From Anolis carolinensis (Eukaryota): a stretch of 64,000 nucleotides of DNA. The notes beneath the pieces are model-generated. The model made no database searches, was not told the DNA's origin, and saw nothing but the letters and a program-made list of their open reading frames with translations. Location of the stretch: positions 155,605,574-155,669,573 of the forward strand of contig NC_085841.1 in assembly GCF_035594765.1 (NCBI RefSeq). The letters are read 5' to 3'. This document shows, piece by piece, positions 37,901 through 49,778 of the stretch (the stretch's first letter is position 1; each line of letters opens with the position of its first letter). Position numbers and translations under genes: made by a program.

Positions 37901-39978
37901 TATGTCTCCATTCAACAGCCTGCTGTGAAGAATTTACATGTCACTTAGTAGGTAAAATGGCTCAGATTTATTCCAAGTTGGCTACTGTACAGTCCCAGTA
38001 GATGTAAGCTTGATTTCTACTTGTCCAGTGTCATTGCATACTTTTCAATATGTGCAGTCTGAGGATGTGTTCTAGATCCTTGGCCTCTGACTGATGAAAT
38101 AAGCTAGAGGAGGACTGGCTGAGTTAGTGAAGGGAAGAGTCAATGTTTCCTTAAAACAAGACAGAATTCCCACTTGTCTAAGGGGTAGCTGTGAGGCCTA
38201 TTTTTATAAGGCCATCCCCAAACCCCTCTGTAATGGACAATTACTGGACAGTGTCCAACCTGTTTTGGATCAAGGTATTTGACCATATGGTGCCCTCCCA
38301 GTTCCAGGAGATTCTGGATTAAACAAATTATTTAAACCATTTCTCTCTGATTTCAGGCCTTGTTACGAGGAAGAGAAAGCTTTGGTCACCTTGCTGGATG
38401 ACCTAAGCAGGGATCTGGGCAGAGGGAGTATGTTCCTGTTGGTTCTCCTGGACATCTCAGTAGCTTTCAATACCATCGGCCATCAAACCCTTCTGGGCCA
38501 CCTCACTGAGATGGGGCTTGGAGACACTGTTTTACAATGTCTGTGTTCTTTCCTGAAGGGGTGGCCCCAGAAGGCAGTGTTGGGAACTTCTTTTTAACCC
38601 CCAGTCCTTGGCGTGTGACTGATATCCAATGCTACTACACCAAGCCAAGGAGGCTATCCTGGTCCTAAACCATTGTTTGTCATCAGTAAAGTAGATGAAG
38701 GCAAATTGAAACTTAATCCAGACAAGAGAAAAGTGTTTCTGGTCAGTTGGAAAGGTAGAGCAGAAAATAGGAATTTAGTCAGTATTATACGGGGTGCACT
38801 CCCACTGAGAATGGAAGTTCACATTTTGGGTGTACTCCTGGATTCAGTGCTAAACCCAGAAGCCCTGGTTTTTGTTGTGGCCTGGAGTGCCTTTGCACAT
38901 TTAAAACTTGTATGCCAGCTGTCCTTGAGACACTGGATTTGGCCATAATGATTCATGCCTTAGTTACATTCCATTTGGATTACTGTAATGTGTCTCATTG
39001 GGGCTGCCTTTGTAGAGTTTTGGAAACTTTTGGTGGTCCAGAAAGGCCAAATTGGTAACTGGGAACGGCTACAGGGGAATGGACAACTCTTTTTTTTTTT
39101 TTTTGCTACAGGTCTACTGGCTGTCAGTTTGTTTCGGCGTACTTCAAAGTACTGGTTAGAACTTATAAAGCTATTTGTAGGCTGCATCTCCCTGTATGAA
39201 CCTGCTTGGACTCTGAGATCCTCAGATGAGGCCCTTCTGTTAGTCCCACCACCATTATAACCACAGCTGGTGGGGATGTGAGAGAGGGCGATCTTAGTGG
39301 CTTTCACTGGGATTCCCTTCCCACAAGGACTAGAATCTTTCTGGTGATAAGATAAAATGGGTTGATTTTTTTTAATTCAGGAAAGCTTTTAAAGCAGAAA
39401 ATGGACCAAGGGGTGCTGCACGGGGTTAGGAATTATTTCAACAGGTTTTAATTTGTTTTGATAATTGATAATGATTGCAATATTTAATTCTATTTTAATG
39501 TTTCTATTTTGTAGGTTCTTGAATTCTTTTCATTTTTATGGCTTTGGATGGCAGTCCCAGGAGAAAGGCAGGGTATAAAATGACCCAAAGCATATGCTGC
39601 CACAATAAATCTCCTTCCCATAGAATAATTTTATCTTGGATCTAGTAGAAAGCAGAATAAATGGGTCATGTTATATTGTTTATGTGTTCCCAATTTACTA
39701 TTTCTGACTGGTTTCTTCATATATGTGTCAGGAATTGTATATTTGATAGACAACTGCTGTAGTTTACTCCAGCTCACACATATTTTTGCTGTTTTCTACT
39801 ATAGCCCCAGCAATGTTATCAGCTGGGCATAGATTATCAGGTGGTTATGCTGATATAAAGTTTATCTCTGGATGACCTTCTAATAGTAAATCTTAGGATA
39901 ATCTCATCAGGTTCATACCTTTGCTAGAGATATTTGCAGCACAGCAACCAAGGGCAGGAAGTGAATAAGAAGAAGCAT
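19785..39978 (-). CDS. CRISP: CRISP paralogue B, complete CDS: complement(join(19785..19918,21529..21617,24217..24314,29137..29285,31133..31223,33058..33171,39919..39978)), 244 aa
   Basis: 735 nt in frame, all introns GT-AG: MLLLIHFLPLVAVLQISLAKEEKGFVMSLSEAQQQEIVDMYNAARRSVQPTASNMQKMKWSEKAAESAEKWAAECLARSSLLKDRYVDGILCGESISQANFVRSWKEVIEFWKSSQPRFVYGKNTSEEVRSAALGYTQMVWYNSHEIGCSFAFCPKQPNYSYFYICRFCPAGNLLDTLPKPYKEGQPCADCPDNCDNKLCTNACHYVNHLSAKECTNIIDQFECESDWVQEKCKASCNCETELA*; signal peptide and 16 Cys. Confidence 0.96.
20685..20818. mobile_element. hAT MITE (CAGTGGTTCTCAAC family)
   Basis: 134 bp, palindromic; TSD gcttaaag at 20677-20684 and 20819-20826. Confidence 0.88.
21288..21421. mobile_element. 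hAT MITE (CAGTGGTTCTCAAC family)
   Basis: Perfect TIRs; TSD gtctagta at 21280-21287 and 21422-21429. Confidence 0.92.
21529..21617 (-). CDS. CRISP: CRISP-B exon (hinge)
   Basis: tttcag|A GGT AAC...TGC A|gtaagt; 89 nt; GNLLDTLPKPYKEGQPCADCPDNCDNKLC. Confidence 0.95.
22855..22895 (-). ncRNA. Minimal type I hammerhead ribozyme motif (Penelope-associated)
   Basis: Minus strand CCT-CTGAGGA-TGCCTGCCATAGATGTGGGT-GAAAC-GTC-AGG: CUGANGA and GAAAC/GUC core boxes, stem II, CCT/AGG stem I. Confidence 0.65.
22921..22961 (+). ncRNA. Minimal type I hammerhead ribozyme motif (Penelope-associated)
   Basis: CCT-CTGATGA-TGCCTTCCATAGATGTGGGC-GAAAC-GTC-AGG; canonical CUGAUGA box. Confidence 0.7.
24217..24314 (-). 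CDS. CRISP: CRISP-B exon (CAP C-terminal strands)
   Basis: ctcatag|ATG GTG TGG...CCT GC|gtgagt; 98 nt; MVWYNSHEIGCSFAFCPKQPNYSYFYICRFCP. Confidence 0.95.
25350..27245 (-). mobile_element. Penelope-like retroelement (RT and GIY-YIG endonuclease), degraded, interrupted by a hAT element
   Basis: AGVYCILCSYGQVYIGTTK (GIY-YIG), GHTVYRKPT, YVDD at about 26905-26915, QKDGVAKESPLSP. Confidence 0.88.
25824..26385. mobile_element. Non-autonomous hAT element nested in Penelope
   Basis: Ends taggcatgggaaaact and agtttgcccatgcctg; Penelope sequence resumes on both sides. Confidence 0.75.
28355..28677. mobile_element. Non-autonomous Tc1/Mariner MITE
   Basis: TIRs CAGTAGAGTCTGACTTATCCAAC and GTTGGATAAGTGAGACTCTACTG; TA flanks. 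Confidence 0.9.
29137..29285 (-). CDS. CRISP: CRISP-B exon (CGE to YTQ)
   Basis: tccacag|GT ATC...ACT CAG|gtatga; 149 nt; ILCGESISQANFVRSWKEVIEFWKSSQPRFVYGKNTSEEVRSAALGYTQ. Confidence 0.93.
31133..31223 (-). CDS. CRISP: CRISP-B exon (W..AA..A..WA..C helix)
   Basis: atgaag|AAA TGG...GAT G|gtaaat; 91 nt; KWSEKAAESAEKWAAECLARSSLLKDRYVD. Confidence 0.93.
33058..33171 (-). CDS. CRISP: CRISP-B exon (CAP N-terminus)
   Basis: ttacag|GAG...ATG|gtaaaa; 114 nt; EEKGFVMSLSEAQQQEIVDMYNAARRSVQPTASNMQKM. Confidence 0.94.
33940..34437 (-). mobile_element. CR1 LINE 3' fragment
   Basis: (ATTCTATG)n tail; [33 protein letters not shown]. Confidence 0.92.
35046..35886 (-). mobile_element. BovB (RTE) LINE 3' fragment
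   Basis: NINNLRYADD at about 35810-35840; EIRRRLLLGR; PWTTRRSNQSILQEI; (CAA)n-type tail. Confidence 0.9.
36081..37862 (+). mobile_element. Non-autonomous Helitron carrying a minisatellite
   Basis: A|TC 5' end; gccacagcaacgcgtggc hairpin then CTAG|T 3' end; no TSD. Confidence 0.88.
36110..37362 (+). repeat. C/A-rich minisatellite, ~139-bp unit (some ~174-176 bp), about 9 copies
   Basis: gactataac landmarks at 36392, 36531, 36705, 36879, 37016, 37155 and 37331. Confidence 0.92.
38090..39350 (+). mobile_element. L2-clade LINE fragment
   Basis: LVTLLDDLSRDLGRGSMFLLVLLDISVAFNTI and KLKLNPDK in broken frames. Confidence 0.8.
39919..39978 (-). CDS. CRISP: CRISP-B first coding exon (signal peptide)
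   Basis: tttccccag|AA ATG CTT...GCA AAG|gtatga; MLLLIHFLPLVAVLQISLAK; same 62-nt exon layout as gene C 55901-55962. Confidence 0.9.
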
Positions 39979-40641
39979 TTCTGGGGAAACAAAAACAATA
40001 GAAAATATGATTAGGTATATTCACTAGTTAAATTATTTGGGGACATATTTACTTAGATGTAAGTCCCACACAGGGGTCACTTTCAAGGAAAGGTGCTCTA
40101 AAATGGCTCATTTTTCTATCCTTCACTGTATGTAGTAATACTCATATTTCATCCTCCACCTTCTGGGACTTTCCTACCAACATAAGGAGTGAAGGCTTCT
40201 TTTAAGAATGTCTCCAACTCAACTCACAGCCAAGTGCTCCATCTAACACCATGTCTAAGGGTATTGAAAGAACTGGTTTGTGTAATCAAAACAACAGAGA
40301 TGCATATTTCATCTCCATTTTCTAGCATAGGTTATTGATCAGTTCAACCAGACTGAAAAAGTAATGGAGACTGGTCCTTTCAAAAATGTAGGACAATCCC
40401 TCTCCAAATCAAAACTGCAGTGTGGATTCTTATGAATCGCATGGGTGAAGCTAGCACAGTAGTCCACCATTGAGTTAATTCAAAGTAGCTGAAGAAAAAT
40501 TCAGTATAATGATGCACATAAAGTGTAGCACAAAAAAGGCTAGACTCAGAAAGCAAATGGTCTTCAGAGCTCATTTTAAAGGCCTGAAGCAGGCCAGGTG
40601 ATGTTGCATACCACAAAATAGCTATGTTAGAATCCTACTCT

Positions 40642-40811
40642 GGATCCTTCCACACAGCCATATAACCCAGAATATCAAGGCAAGAAATCCCACAATATCT
40701 GCTTTGAACTGGGTTATCGGAGTCCACACTGCCATATATTCCAGTTCAAAGCAGATATTGTGGGATTTCCTGCCTTGATATTCTGGGTTATATGGCTGTG
40801 TGGAAGAGCCC
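40642..40811. mobile_element. Palindromic MITE (probably PIF/Harbinger-type); relatives at about 27585-27760, 28110-28230, 51026-51161 and 51332-51480
   Basis: About 70-bp inverted arms ggatccttccacacagccatataacccag... and ...ctgggttatatggctgtgtggaagagccc. Confidence 0.75.
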
Positions 40812-41049
40812 TAAGTCACTGTAAATGACATCAGATCTTAATATCCATAAATACTTTACTACTTTATTTTGAATTCCCAGATCCACCTCTTCTTCTGTAT
40901 ATTGGTAATATAGTTCTAAACTTCTGTGTAAGAAGTAAGTGTTGCCTCTAGGCCATATTCTGCAGGAAATCTGAGATGATTGGCAGACGTTCTATAACGC
41001 TGGTGGGAAACTCATTCCTGACTAATTATTCTTTGTAATGGATTAACTA

Positions 41050-42500
41050 ATTCTTCTTTAAAACATTTGAAGTACTTCGTCAGTAGTCTCCCAGGTCCTG
41101 GTATCTTATCTATCTTTAATTTAGTAATAGCTTCACAATATTTCCTATCTGGTACTTGGTTTGTTCCATACTTCTCTCTGGTGCAAAGATACCACAGGAA
41201 GATCCTTGGATTTCAGATAGTTTCTGAAATCGTCTTCCTTTACAGAGTGGGTTTTATACTGTATTCCACCAATTATAAGACACATTTTTCCACAACGTAC
41301 CAACTTGTTCTTTTTTAAAAAGTACAATCAAGTCCTTGATTTCTTCTAAATCTTCAATTCGGATTGATACAAAAATAAAGCAGCTTGTATGATCGATTGT
41401 GCACCAAGTACAATTTCTCTTATCTTTTCATACTGCTTTGCCTCAAAATGAAGTTTTTCGCTTTTCTCCTCCACAGTGAAAGGTGTGCATCTTAGATTTG
41501 TGTTTTAGATTTATGTATTTGTTTGTTTGTTTGTTTTTAAAAAAAGAGGATCAGGAGTAGTCGCTGAGAGAATGGGAGGGAAGCCAGATATCTTGGCCAA
41601 CTCCCGGAAAGGCTCCACAAACCTGCACCAGATGCTACTGCCCTAACACCTGCTCGTCGATGCACACAATTGTTTTGAATGTCTTTCTCTTTGGTAATCT
41701 GATGATTCCTTCTTTTAATTCTAATATCCCCCTCTTCCGTCTTTTTTTCCTGAGTGCCATATGTCAGTTCTGATACGGAGTGGAGTAGTCCAGATCAGCA
41801 CCATGGGAGTCAACACAGCCGACTGCCTAGCTAGCTCAGTGGTGGCAGGTGTCCACATTGTGTAGAACCAAGTTGCCCCAGCAGCTAAATGGAGTCTCGA
41901 TTAATCAAAGATTTTCCATCACTCTTGACTGAAGTTTTGTTATGTTCTTCTAATGCCCTACCAGGAATACCTTTCTTTGTGAACTATATTTGCACACCTT
42001 TTGGATGCTGCTTTTTGATAACAATGGCTGAGCTTACTTTGTACATGGTTTCTGCCTCAGAATCCAGGTCTTCTTCTTTCCCAACTAGAACTTTAACCAG
42101 TATATCTACAATCCATATTCTAATATTTCCTAAGTGTTTTTAAGCAACATATTCTCAAGAAGGATTCCAACGGCTTTTGTTCTAAAAGAGTGAGATGGTC
42201 GAGTTATTTGACTAATTCTACATTTAGAACTTCAATTTGTTGTTTTGACATCTGTGTATCTTTATTATTTGACTCAATGTCGTTTTTATTAATTTCAGTG
42301 TCTTTTTAAACATTTGTTCTAAGATAAATTGCATCGCATTCATATGAGGTATAACTAGTAACTACTATGAGATACTGTTTACTTTCAGTCATAAATGATT
42401 TCATTTCCCCCTTACCTCTTCTCTGATATTCTGGTGATATTTCACTTACAAGTCTTCCTCCTTATCTCCCCTCAATCCAGGTGGTACTTTATCATACAAA
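41050..42500 (-). mobile_element. Old L1-like ORF1 remnant; boundaries approximate
   Basis: A-rich minus strand with a KDLPVVSLHQRE-like ORF1 remnant; heavily degraded. Confidence 0.4.
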
Positions 42501-42659
42501 CAGAGATATATCTTTCTCAACAACCTGTCATTGAGCTCATCTACATATTGCCTCTTCTGACACCCAGTCCCACCTAAAGTTTTGAGACAATCTTTGTTAA
42601 CTTGATTTGTTCTGCTCCTTGTAACCAATTTCATATATGTTAAATATCTATTACATTTT

Positions 42660-43210
42660 GAATACTAGAAATGCAGACCACAAGGGCCATCCAGTCCAAC
42701 CCCCTGCTATGCAGGAATCAAAACACACTGAACAGATGGCCATCCAACATTTATCTGAAATCGTTCAAGGATGGACACTCTACCACACTCTGGGGCAGCA
42801 TATTCCAAATAGTGCTTGCCACTTACGATAGGGAAGTTGTTCCTTATACTTGGTGGAATCCATTGCTCCTTGTTCTAGTTTGTGTAGAGGCAGAAAATAA
42901 GCTGGCTCCATCTTCAATATGGCAGACTTTCAAATATTTAAACATGACTATCATGTCAACTCATCTTCTCCAGGCTAAACACACACAGATTCCTCAAACT
43001 GCTCTTCATAGGGCATGGTTTTACAATTTTTGTTGCCCTTCTTGAGAAACATTCCAGCTTGTCAGTATATTTCTTGAATTGTGGTACCCAAACAGTATTC
43101 CAGGCGAGGTCTGACCAAAGCAGGATAGAGTGGGGCTATTTCTTCTCTCATTCAACATACTTTGCTTCTATTGATGTACCCTACAATTACACTGACTATT
43201 TTAGCTGCTG
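42660..43210 (-). mobile_element. Older CR1 3' fragment
   Basis: gggccatccagtccaaccccctgc and downstream blocks parallel 33985-34437. Confidence 0.8.
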
Positions 43211-43517
43211 AATAAACACTAGTCTCATTTGGTGTTCTATCAAGACTCCTAGATTTTTCTTGCATGTACTGTTTTCAAGCCTGGTATCACCCATCCTATA
43301 CCTGTGCATTTCATTTCTTCTTCATTAACATCATCTACCAAGCTTGTAACTCTATAAAATAAAGTAAGGTAAGCCTGGCATATTTTTAAGAAACCCTTGT
43401 TGACATTAAGTGATCATGCCAATCCTACCTACGTGCTTCTGAAAACCATTTATTCAAATGAGAAACACTGCTTTAGGAAATATGATTTCTGCCCCCAAAT
43501 TTAAACTTTTACATTAC

Positions 43518-43610
43518 CCTTTCTTTAATATTTCTTCCGAAGGGCTGCCGGAGTTAGTTTAGTAATTGCACTGGAACAGTGTATATATAGGACAAACAGT
43601 TCCGGCTTCA
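43518..43610 (-). promoter_or_regulatory. Putative CRISP-B core promoter and non-coding exon 1 (TATA 43589-43582; exon about 43558-43518)
   Basis: Minus strand AAGCCGGAACTGTTTGTCCTATATATACACTGTTCCAGTGCA...GAAAGG|gtaatg; homologous to 55102-55145; the first coding exon has an acceptor 2 nt before ATG, so an upstream exon is required. Confidence 0.7.
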
Positions 43611-43646
43611 TGAATGACAGCTGCCAAAAAAAAAACCCAAAAAACA

Positions 43647-43650
<4 letters not shown>

Positions 43651-43690
<40 letters not shown>
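43651..43690 (+). repeat. (CA)20 microsatellite just upstream of the gene B promoter
   Basis: Perfect dinucleotide run. Confidence 0.95.
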
Positions 43691-43692
<2 letters not shown>

Positions 43693-44272
43693 TAAACAAA
43701 AACAGGCCAAACTTCTACTTAAGCATCAACAAGAATAATTTTTATTCTCATTTCAGCTAACATGTTTTAAGGTTACCACCTGAGTTCAAATTTTTTTCCC
43801 TGTGTTGCGATATAATCTGCCTTGAGTCCCCTGCGGGGTAGAGAAAGGCGAGGTATAAATATCATAAATAAATAATAAATAAATAATATACAACATTAAA
43901 TTGTAGCACTATACCTCTTATCTAATTATAGAACATATTTAACTGGATGTGATTGCTGAGTGATTATTTATAAGATTGTGCATTCACAAAAGAGCGAGAA
44001 GTTAACATAGCATTATCTTGAGATGAAGGAAGATAAAAAACTGGAACTAGTTTATATAAATCCAGAATTTGGTAAATGTCTATATTTGTAGAGAAAATTG
44101 AAGTGAAGCTTGATTACAGTATGTTTGGCAGAACTATTGTAAGCAAAACTGTAGGAGTGGGAAAAACTTCACCTACAGTATGTTTTAAAATAGGTTTCAG
44201 TTTAATTCCTTCTATAAAGCAACCTCATATTTTAAAGTTATTTGTTGCAACCCATCTTGCTTGGGTTCTCAC

Positions 44273-45291
44273 TAGATGTGTGCAATTCAGGTAAACCCTG
44301 TGCTGTTTTTGGTGCCGCCATTTCATTTTTTTCAGGAACTGCCCGAATTCGGGAGGGGTAAAATACCATTTATTGATCTGTCAGCTGGTAGTTTCATTTC
44401 TGGCCCATTGTGGGCAATGAGGAACTTCTGAGGCTCCCCTTTCCATCATTTTAGGGCTATCAGGACAAAAATGGCCATACTCGGAGAACACATTTAACAC
44501 TGCAAGCCCACCAAGCTTCAGAATATTTGGGTCATCCATAATTTTTTAGGAAATTCTTAAAGTTTCTAGAAATAAAATCTCCTTTACAACCCCCCTCAAG
44601 GTATCCCTTAGAATTTCTCTACAGCGACAGTATAGGAGCAGCAGCAGGGCATCATTCCTGCCAACTTTCATAAAGATCCACACATCCCACAATTTATAGG
44701 AATTTGTTATTTTTTTTAACTAATAAAAAGAAATGCTGTTCCTAAGCTTTCGCATTTCTACATGATTGTTAAGCCGGGTGAACTGGGGCAGGAATACACA
44801 CAAACCAAAAGGTAGGGCAGGGGAGGGAAATAAATGAGTCTGTCAAAGAGGTGAACAAAAATAAGAAAGAGCTTTTTTTGTAAAATAAATAAATAAATTT
44901 GAGGGGGGAAGATGCAGGACAGAGTACAGAAGCAAGAAGATAGGGCTGCGGAGAGATTGAATTCTCCCTGTGGGGACTTCAAGGGAGTCAGGCTATCCCC
45001 TCCCTTCACTAAACCACCCCCAAAGGTAAAAAAAATATTTAAACAAACACCAGCTTGGCAAATAGACACGTGATCTGCTTTCTTGAACTGATTGGCTTAG
45101 GCAAGGTTCAGGGGGGATCCCCCCCCCACACACACATGACTGCTGCCCCAGTGCAACTGAAAGCAGCCATTTTCGACAGCCGTTTCAGCCAAGTCAAACC
45201 AAGCCGTTCTGTTTCTGAGAATTTGGTGTCCAAAACTGCTGGATTTCCTGCATCCCATTTTGAAAAACGTAAAATGCACCGTACACCCCTA
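44273..45291. mobile_element. Non-autonomous hAT element (TAG...CTA termini)
   Basis: Ends TAGATGTGTGC and GTACACCCCTA; TSD gttctcac at 44265-44272 and 45292-45299. Confidence 0.8.
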
Positions 45292-45508
45292 GTTCTCACA
45301 GGATGGCAAGATCTAAATTTATTTCATAAAGACTGCAAGCAGTTGTACTGAAAGTAGTACATCATCTGCTATTTATTCAAAGGGGGCTCCCTTCCATTTG
45401 GAAATCACATAGAAGCAGCTTGTGTAGGAAGAGAGACTCTGTTCTGGCAAGACACAGGCAGATATCATAAGTCTTTTTCTTCTCCTTCTGGGTTTGCAAG
45501 GTATATAG

Positions 45509-46228
45509 CAGGCATCTCCAAACTAAGGCCCGGGGGCCGGATGCAGCCCTCCAAGGTCATTTATCTGGCCCCTGCTCTCAGTTTTATAATATAATATTTT
45601 TATATCAGTTTTAATAATATAATACATATAATATTGATAGTAATATTATAATGTAATACAATCTAATACTAATAATAATACCATATAATAATATTAATTA
45701 TATATTATATATTACATGTAATATTAATAATAATATTACAGTATAGTGGTATAATTCAAAGTAGCAATATATAATGCTAATATTGTTCTATGCTAATAAT
45801 ATAATATATTGTATATACATATAAATTGTAAGCCGCTCTGAGTCCCCTTCAGGGTGAGGACAGGATATAAATGTAGTAAATAAATAAATAATAAATAAAT
45901 TTCTGACTTAGGCTCGCCCAAAATCTGAAATGACTTGAAGGCACACAACAACAGTAATCCTAATTAACTTGACTATCTTGTTGGCCAGAAGCAGGTCCAC
46001 ACTTCCCATTGAAATCCTGATCGGTTTGAGTTGGTTAAAATTGTTTTTATTTTTAAGTATTGTATTTTTCTATCGTTGTTGCTATTGTTGTTGTTTTTGC
46101 ACTACAAATAAGACATATGCAGTGTGCATAGGAATTTGTTCATTTTTTTTTTCAAATGTTAATTCGGCCCCTCAACAGTCTGAAGGATTGTGGACCGGCC
46201 CTCTGCTTTAAAAGTTCGAGGACCCCTG
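45509..46228. mobile_element. Non-autonomous hAT element with AT-rich interior and a nested L2-like tail
   Basis: Ends caggcatctccaaact and agttcgaggacccctg; TSD gtatatag at 45501-45508 and 46229-46236. Confidence 0.88.
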
Positions 46229-46984
46229 GTATATAGCAAAGAGAAATCTGGAGAGAAGTATTAGACAAAATATGCTTTGTTTGGCATTCATATAGTATTG
46301 ATAGAGCAATAAATAGCCAGATGCCTTGCTCAGACAAAAGGATGATAACTAAGTTTACTCTGATTAGCCCCTCCCCGCCACAACATATTTAACAAACCCT
46401 TCAAAGAGAGGGAAAATGGCCTATGCAAACTTCAGGCTCCTCCAAATTGATGTAAAACAGGGGGACTTCTCATGATACAATTTCTATTGCTTTTGCTGGA
46501 TTGCAGATGCCTCTGTAGCCAATTATTTCATCCACTTTCTTCTTCAGGTTGTTTTGTAGCAAGTCCTATGGAGTCTTCAAAGCTTTTTAAAAACCTGGGG
46601 CAAGATTGGCTGAAATGATCCAGTGATTTGAAGTTTCCCACTGATGCGAAAATCATATATAGGACAGACAGAAAGTTTTTTAACTTCAGCACGCCAAAAG
46701 AAAGATAACAACAACTTATGTTATAATTGTGCAGTGCTTACTTTGAAAATAATTGTTATACTTCAGAAACTTTGTTTTTGTGACTGTTACAAACTATGTT
46801 GAATTGGTTGAGATTGAATGAAATATTCATTGAAAAACTATAGCAAAATGTGCTGCAGAATGTTGTGCAATAATTTTTTTTGCAGTTTAATAAACTTTTT
46901 CCATGTTTTTTATGACCGAACCAATTAGGAAATGACATTTATAAGCCAGGAACAAAAATCATGTTGTATAGCGTTATAATGCAG

Positions 46985-47855
46985 CCTGCTCACTCAGAGG
47001 AAGACCTACAAAGCACTTTAAACACCTTTGTAGAAACCTATGAAAAGCTTGGCCTTTCACCTCACATAAAAAAGTGCTCTACCAGCAAGCACCAACCAAT
47101 CCCTCTGCTGGCATTGCAAACGTTAACCATTTCTGCTGCCTTGGCAGCTACCTCTCTACAAATGTTGACATCTACACTGAAATATAATACTGTCTGAGCT
47201 CTTTAAACACGGCCTTTTTCCTAATGAAGCAGAGAGTGTTCAATGATCAGACCATTTGTAGGGATACCAAGATGCTTGTTTATAAAACTATTGTCCTTGC
47301 AACTCTATTGTATGCCTGCAAAACATAGACAGTTTATAAACATCATTCTTTACTTCAAAAAATCCTGCCAATCTCTCACGATGACAGAATGAATGACCAG
47401 CACTGAAGCAATGACTCTCCACCATAAATTTCACAGAACTGGTCACACTGTCTGAATGCCCAGTCACCGTCTCCCAAAGCAGTTACTCTACTCTCAAATT
47501 AAAAATGGAAAATGGAATGTCAGTGGGCAACAAAAGAGGTTTAAAGATAGGCTTAAAGTTAACTTAAGAAAATGTGGTATAAATACCAAGAACTGGGAAG
47601 CCCTGGCACTCAAGTGGTCCAACTGGAGGTTAGCTTTTACCAGTGGTGCTATGGATTTTGAAGAGGAAGAAATGTGCCAAATGGAAGGCATGTCAAGCAA
47701 TCTTGTCATACTGCTTTTCATCTGGAAATCTATGTCCTCAATAAGAAAAATAATCTGGACCCAGAATAGATCTTCAAAATATTTTACAGATCTATCTCCA
47801 AGACTCTACATCTGTAAGATAATCATCCTTAGTCACAAGGGATCATCTATGATGC
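46985..47855 (+). mobile_element. RTE-clade LINE 3' fragment
   Basis: AHSEEDLQSTLNTF and MPSHRLPKQLLYSQ; collinear with 835-1670. Confidence 0.85.
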
Positions 47856-48974
47856 ATGGAAATTTTCATCCTACACTCACCTACCCAGTTGATCATAGGT
47901 CTTCAGTGAGCCAGATGTCTGAACAGACATCTATATGGCTGCACTGTAAACAGTTAATACATATCAATTTTGATTAATGAGCAGTAATCGATTTTTGAAA
48001 TACTTTATTTCTGTGACAGAACCGCTGACCATCAAGATGCAGATCAATACGATGTTTCAGCTTGAATCAACTGGTTTCAGAGAATAGGTTATGTTACTGA
48101 AGGAGCTCTGCCATTTATTTTGACTGATATGCTGAATATTCGTCAGTTTTTTATCTCAGCATAGTTAATTTTGAATGGCTTTGTAAAGCCCAGGTTTAAA
48201 GATGAATTAGGAAAAGAATTCTCAGTGCTGAACGCACTGTATCCCCAAAGCAATACTTTCTATGACTTCCAGTCAGTCTTGAGTGCTTTTTATGGTTACA
48301 GAATTGGTACTACAAGAACATAAGAAATTGCCTTTTACCATGTTAGACCACTGATGCAACAAAAAGGTTTTATCCTTTAGGACAATCATATTTATTGAGC
48401 AGAAATTAAAGGTCATAAATTGGGCACAAAGTGGATAGATATAATGAAGCATCTTGGTAAGCAAATAACATTTATGTAACAAAACTTGCAAGCATTCTGT
48501 TCAACAAGCACAGCATAAATTGTTCAAGTGAATTATTACAAAGGATCTGAAAAATTCTGAACTAAATGATCAGCTAATAGAGGTCCTACTTTGTCCAGAA
48601 AATGACATTGTCCTTTCCATGATACTTTAATTCCCTACTATTGTTCTCTATTAATAAGGATGCATTTAGAAATAAATATAATCACACCTATATAATGTAT
48701 GCACATAAGCACACTGATCAGAAAAATCAGACTTTCTCCATTTCAGAGCTTAGAGACAGCCAAAGGCAGACACAGGAATGTGGCCTGTGCTTGTGGGCAG
48801 GCAAGGCGGACCTGTCACCAAAACATTCCAGAGTTAGACAGTTCCCGGTACAGCTCATGGACTGAGAGTGAACCTCTTTCCTTGACAGGTACAGGGAAGC
48901 CCCTTGACTGATCTCTGTAGCTGACCCTAGTGTCTGTAACTTGCTACAAGCTGCTTTTAGATAGAGAAATCTAT

Positions 48975-49069
48975 CTGTCAGGCATGCTTTGAATGCAATT
49001 TTCCTGCTTCTTGGCAGGGTGTTGGACTGGATGAGCCACGAGGTCTCTTTCAGCTCTATGATTCTATGA
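48975..49069 (+). mobile_element. CR1 3' tail
   Basis: gttggactggatgagccacgaggtctctttcagctctatgattctatga. Confidence 0.8.
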
Positions 49070-49085
49070 AATGCTGGGGTATATG

Positions 49086-49120
<35 letters not shown>

Positions 49121-49452
49121 CATATATGTTAAAACATAGAATTTGATATTCTTACAATGTAGAATGACGGGGTATGCAATGTTACCTGCCTGTGAGCAGA
49201 AGTCTATAAAGGAAATTGAATTCCTTTGTTCAGGCATGGGTTCTTTAAAAGGAGAGAACTAAGAGTGTATGTAAGATATCTCCTTTGACTTCACACTGTT
49301 ATCTCGATAAAACCATGTAGTGAGAAAAGCACTATATCCTGCTCTGAAGCTGTTTTGAAATGAGTCAAGGAAGTGTGTGTCATCTAAGGCTATCCGTACT
49401 TGGAGGGCAACTATCTTCCTGATCACCTTGCCCAATATTTACTGGTTTGTAA

Positions 49453-49778
49453 CCCAGTGGCGCAGCGGGTTAAACTGCTGAGCTGCTGAACTTGCTGACC
49501 GGAAGGTCGGCAGTTCGAATCCGAGGAGCGGTGTAAGCTCCTGCATTTAGCCCCAGCTTCTACCAATTTAGCTGTTTGAAAACATGCAAATGTGAGTAGA
49601 TGAATAGGTCCTGCTCCAGCAAGAAGGTAATGCCACTCCATGCAGTCATGCCATTCACATGACCTTCAGGGTATCTATGGACAATGCTGGCTCTTCGGTT
49701 TAGAAATGGAGATGAGCACCAATCTCCAGAATCAGACAGGACTAGACTTATTGTCAGGGGAAAACCTTTACATTTCCC
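49453..49778 (+). mobile_element. Sauria SINE
   Basis: gtggcgcagcgggttaaa A box, cagttcgaatcc B box, acctttac tail; inverse of 8307-8625. Confidence 0.88.

Noticed and set aside
49453-49530. tRNA gene candidate with A and B boxes
   Set aside because: Head of a Sauria SINE; it continues into the SINE core and tail
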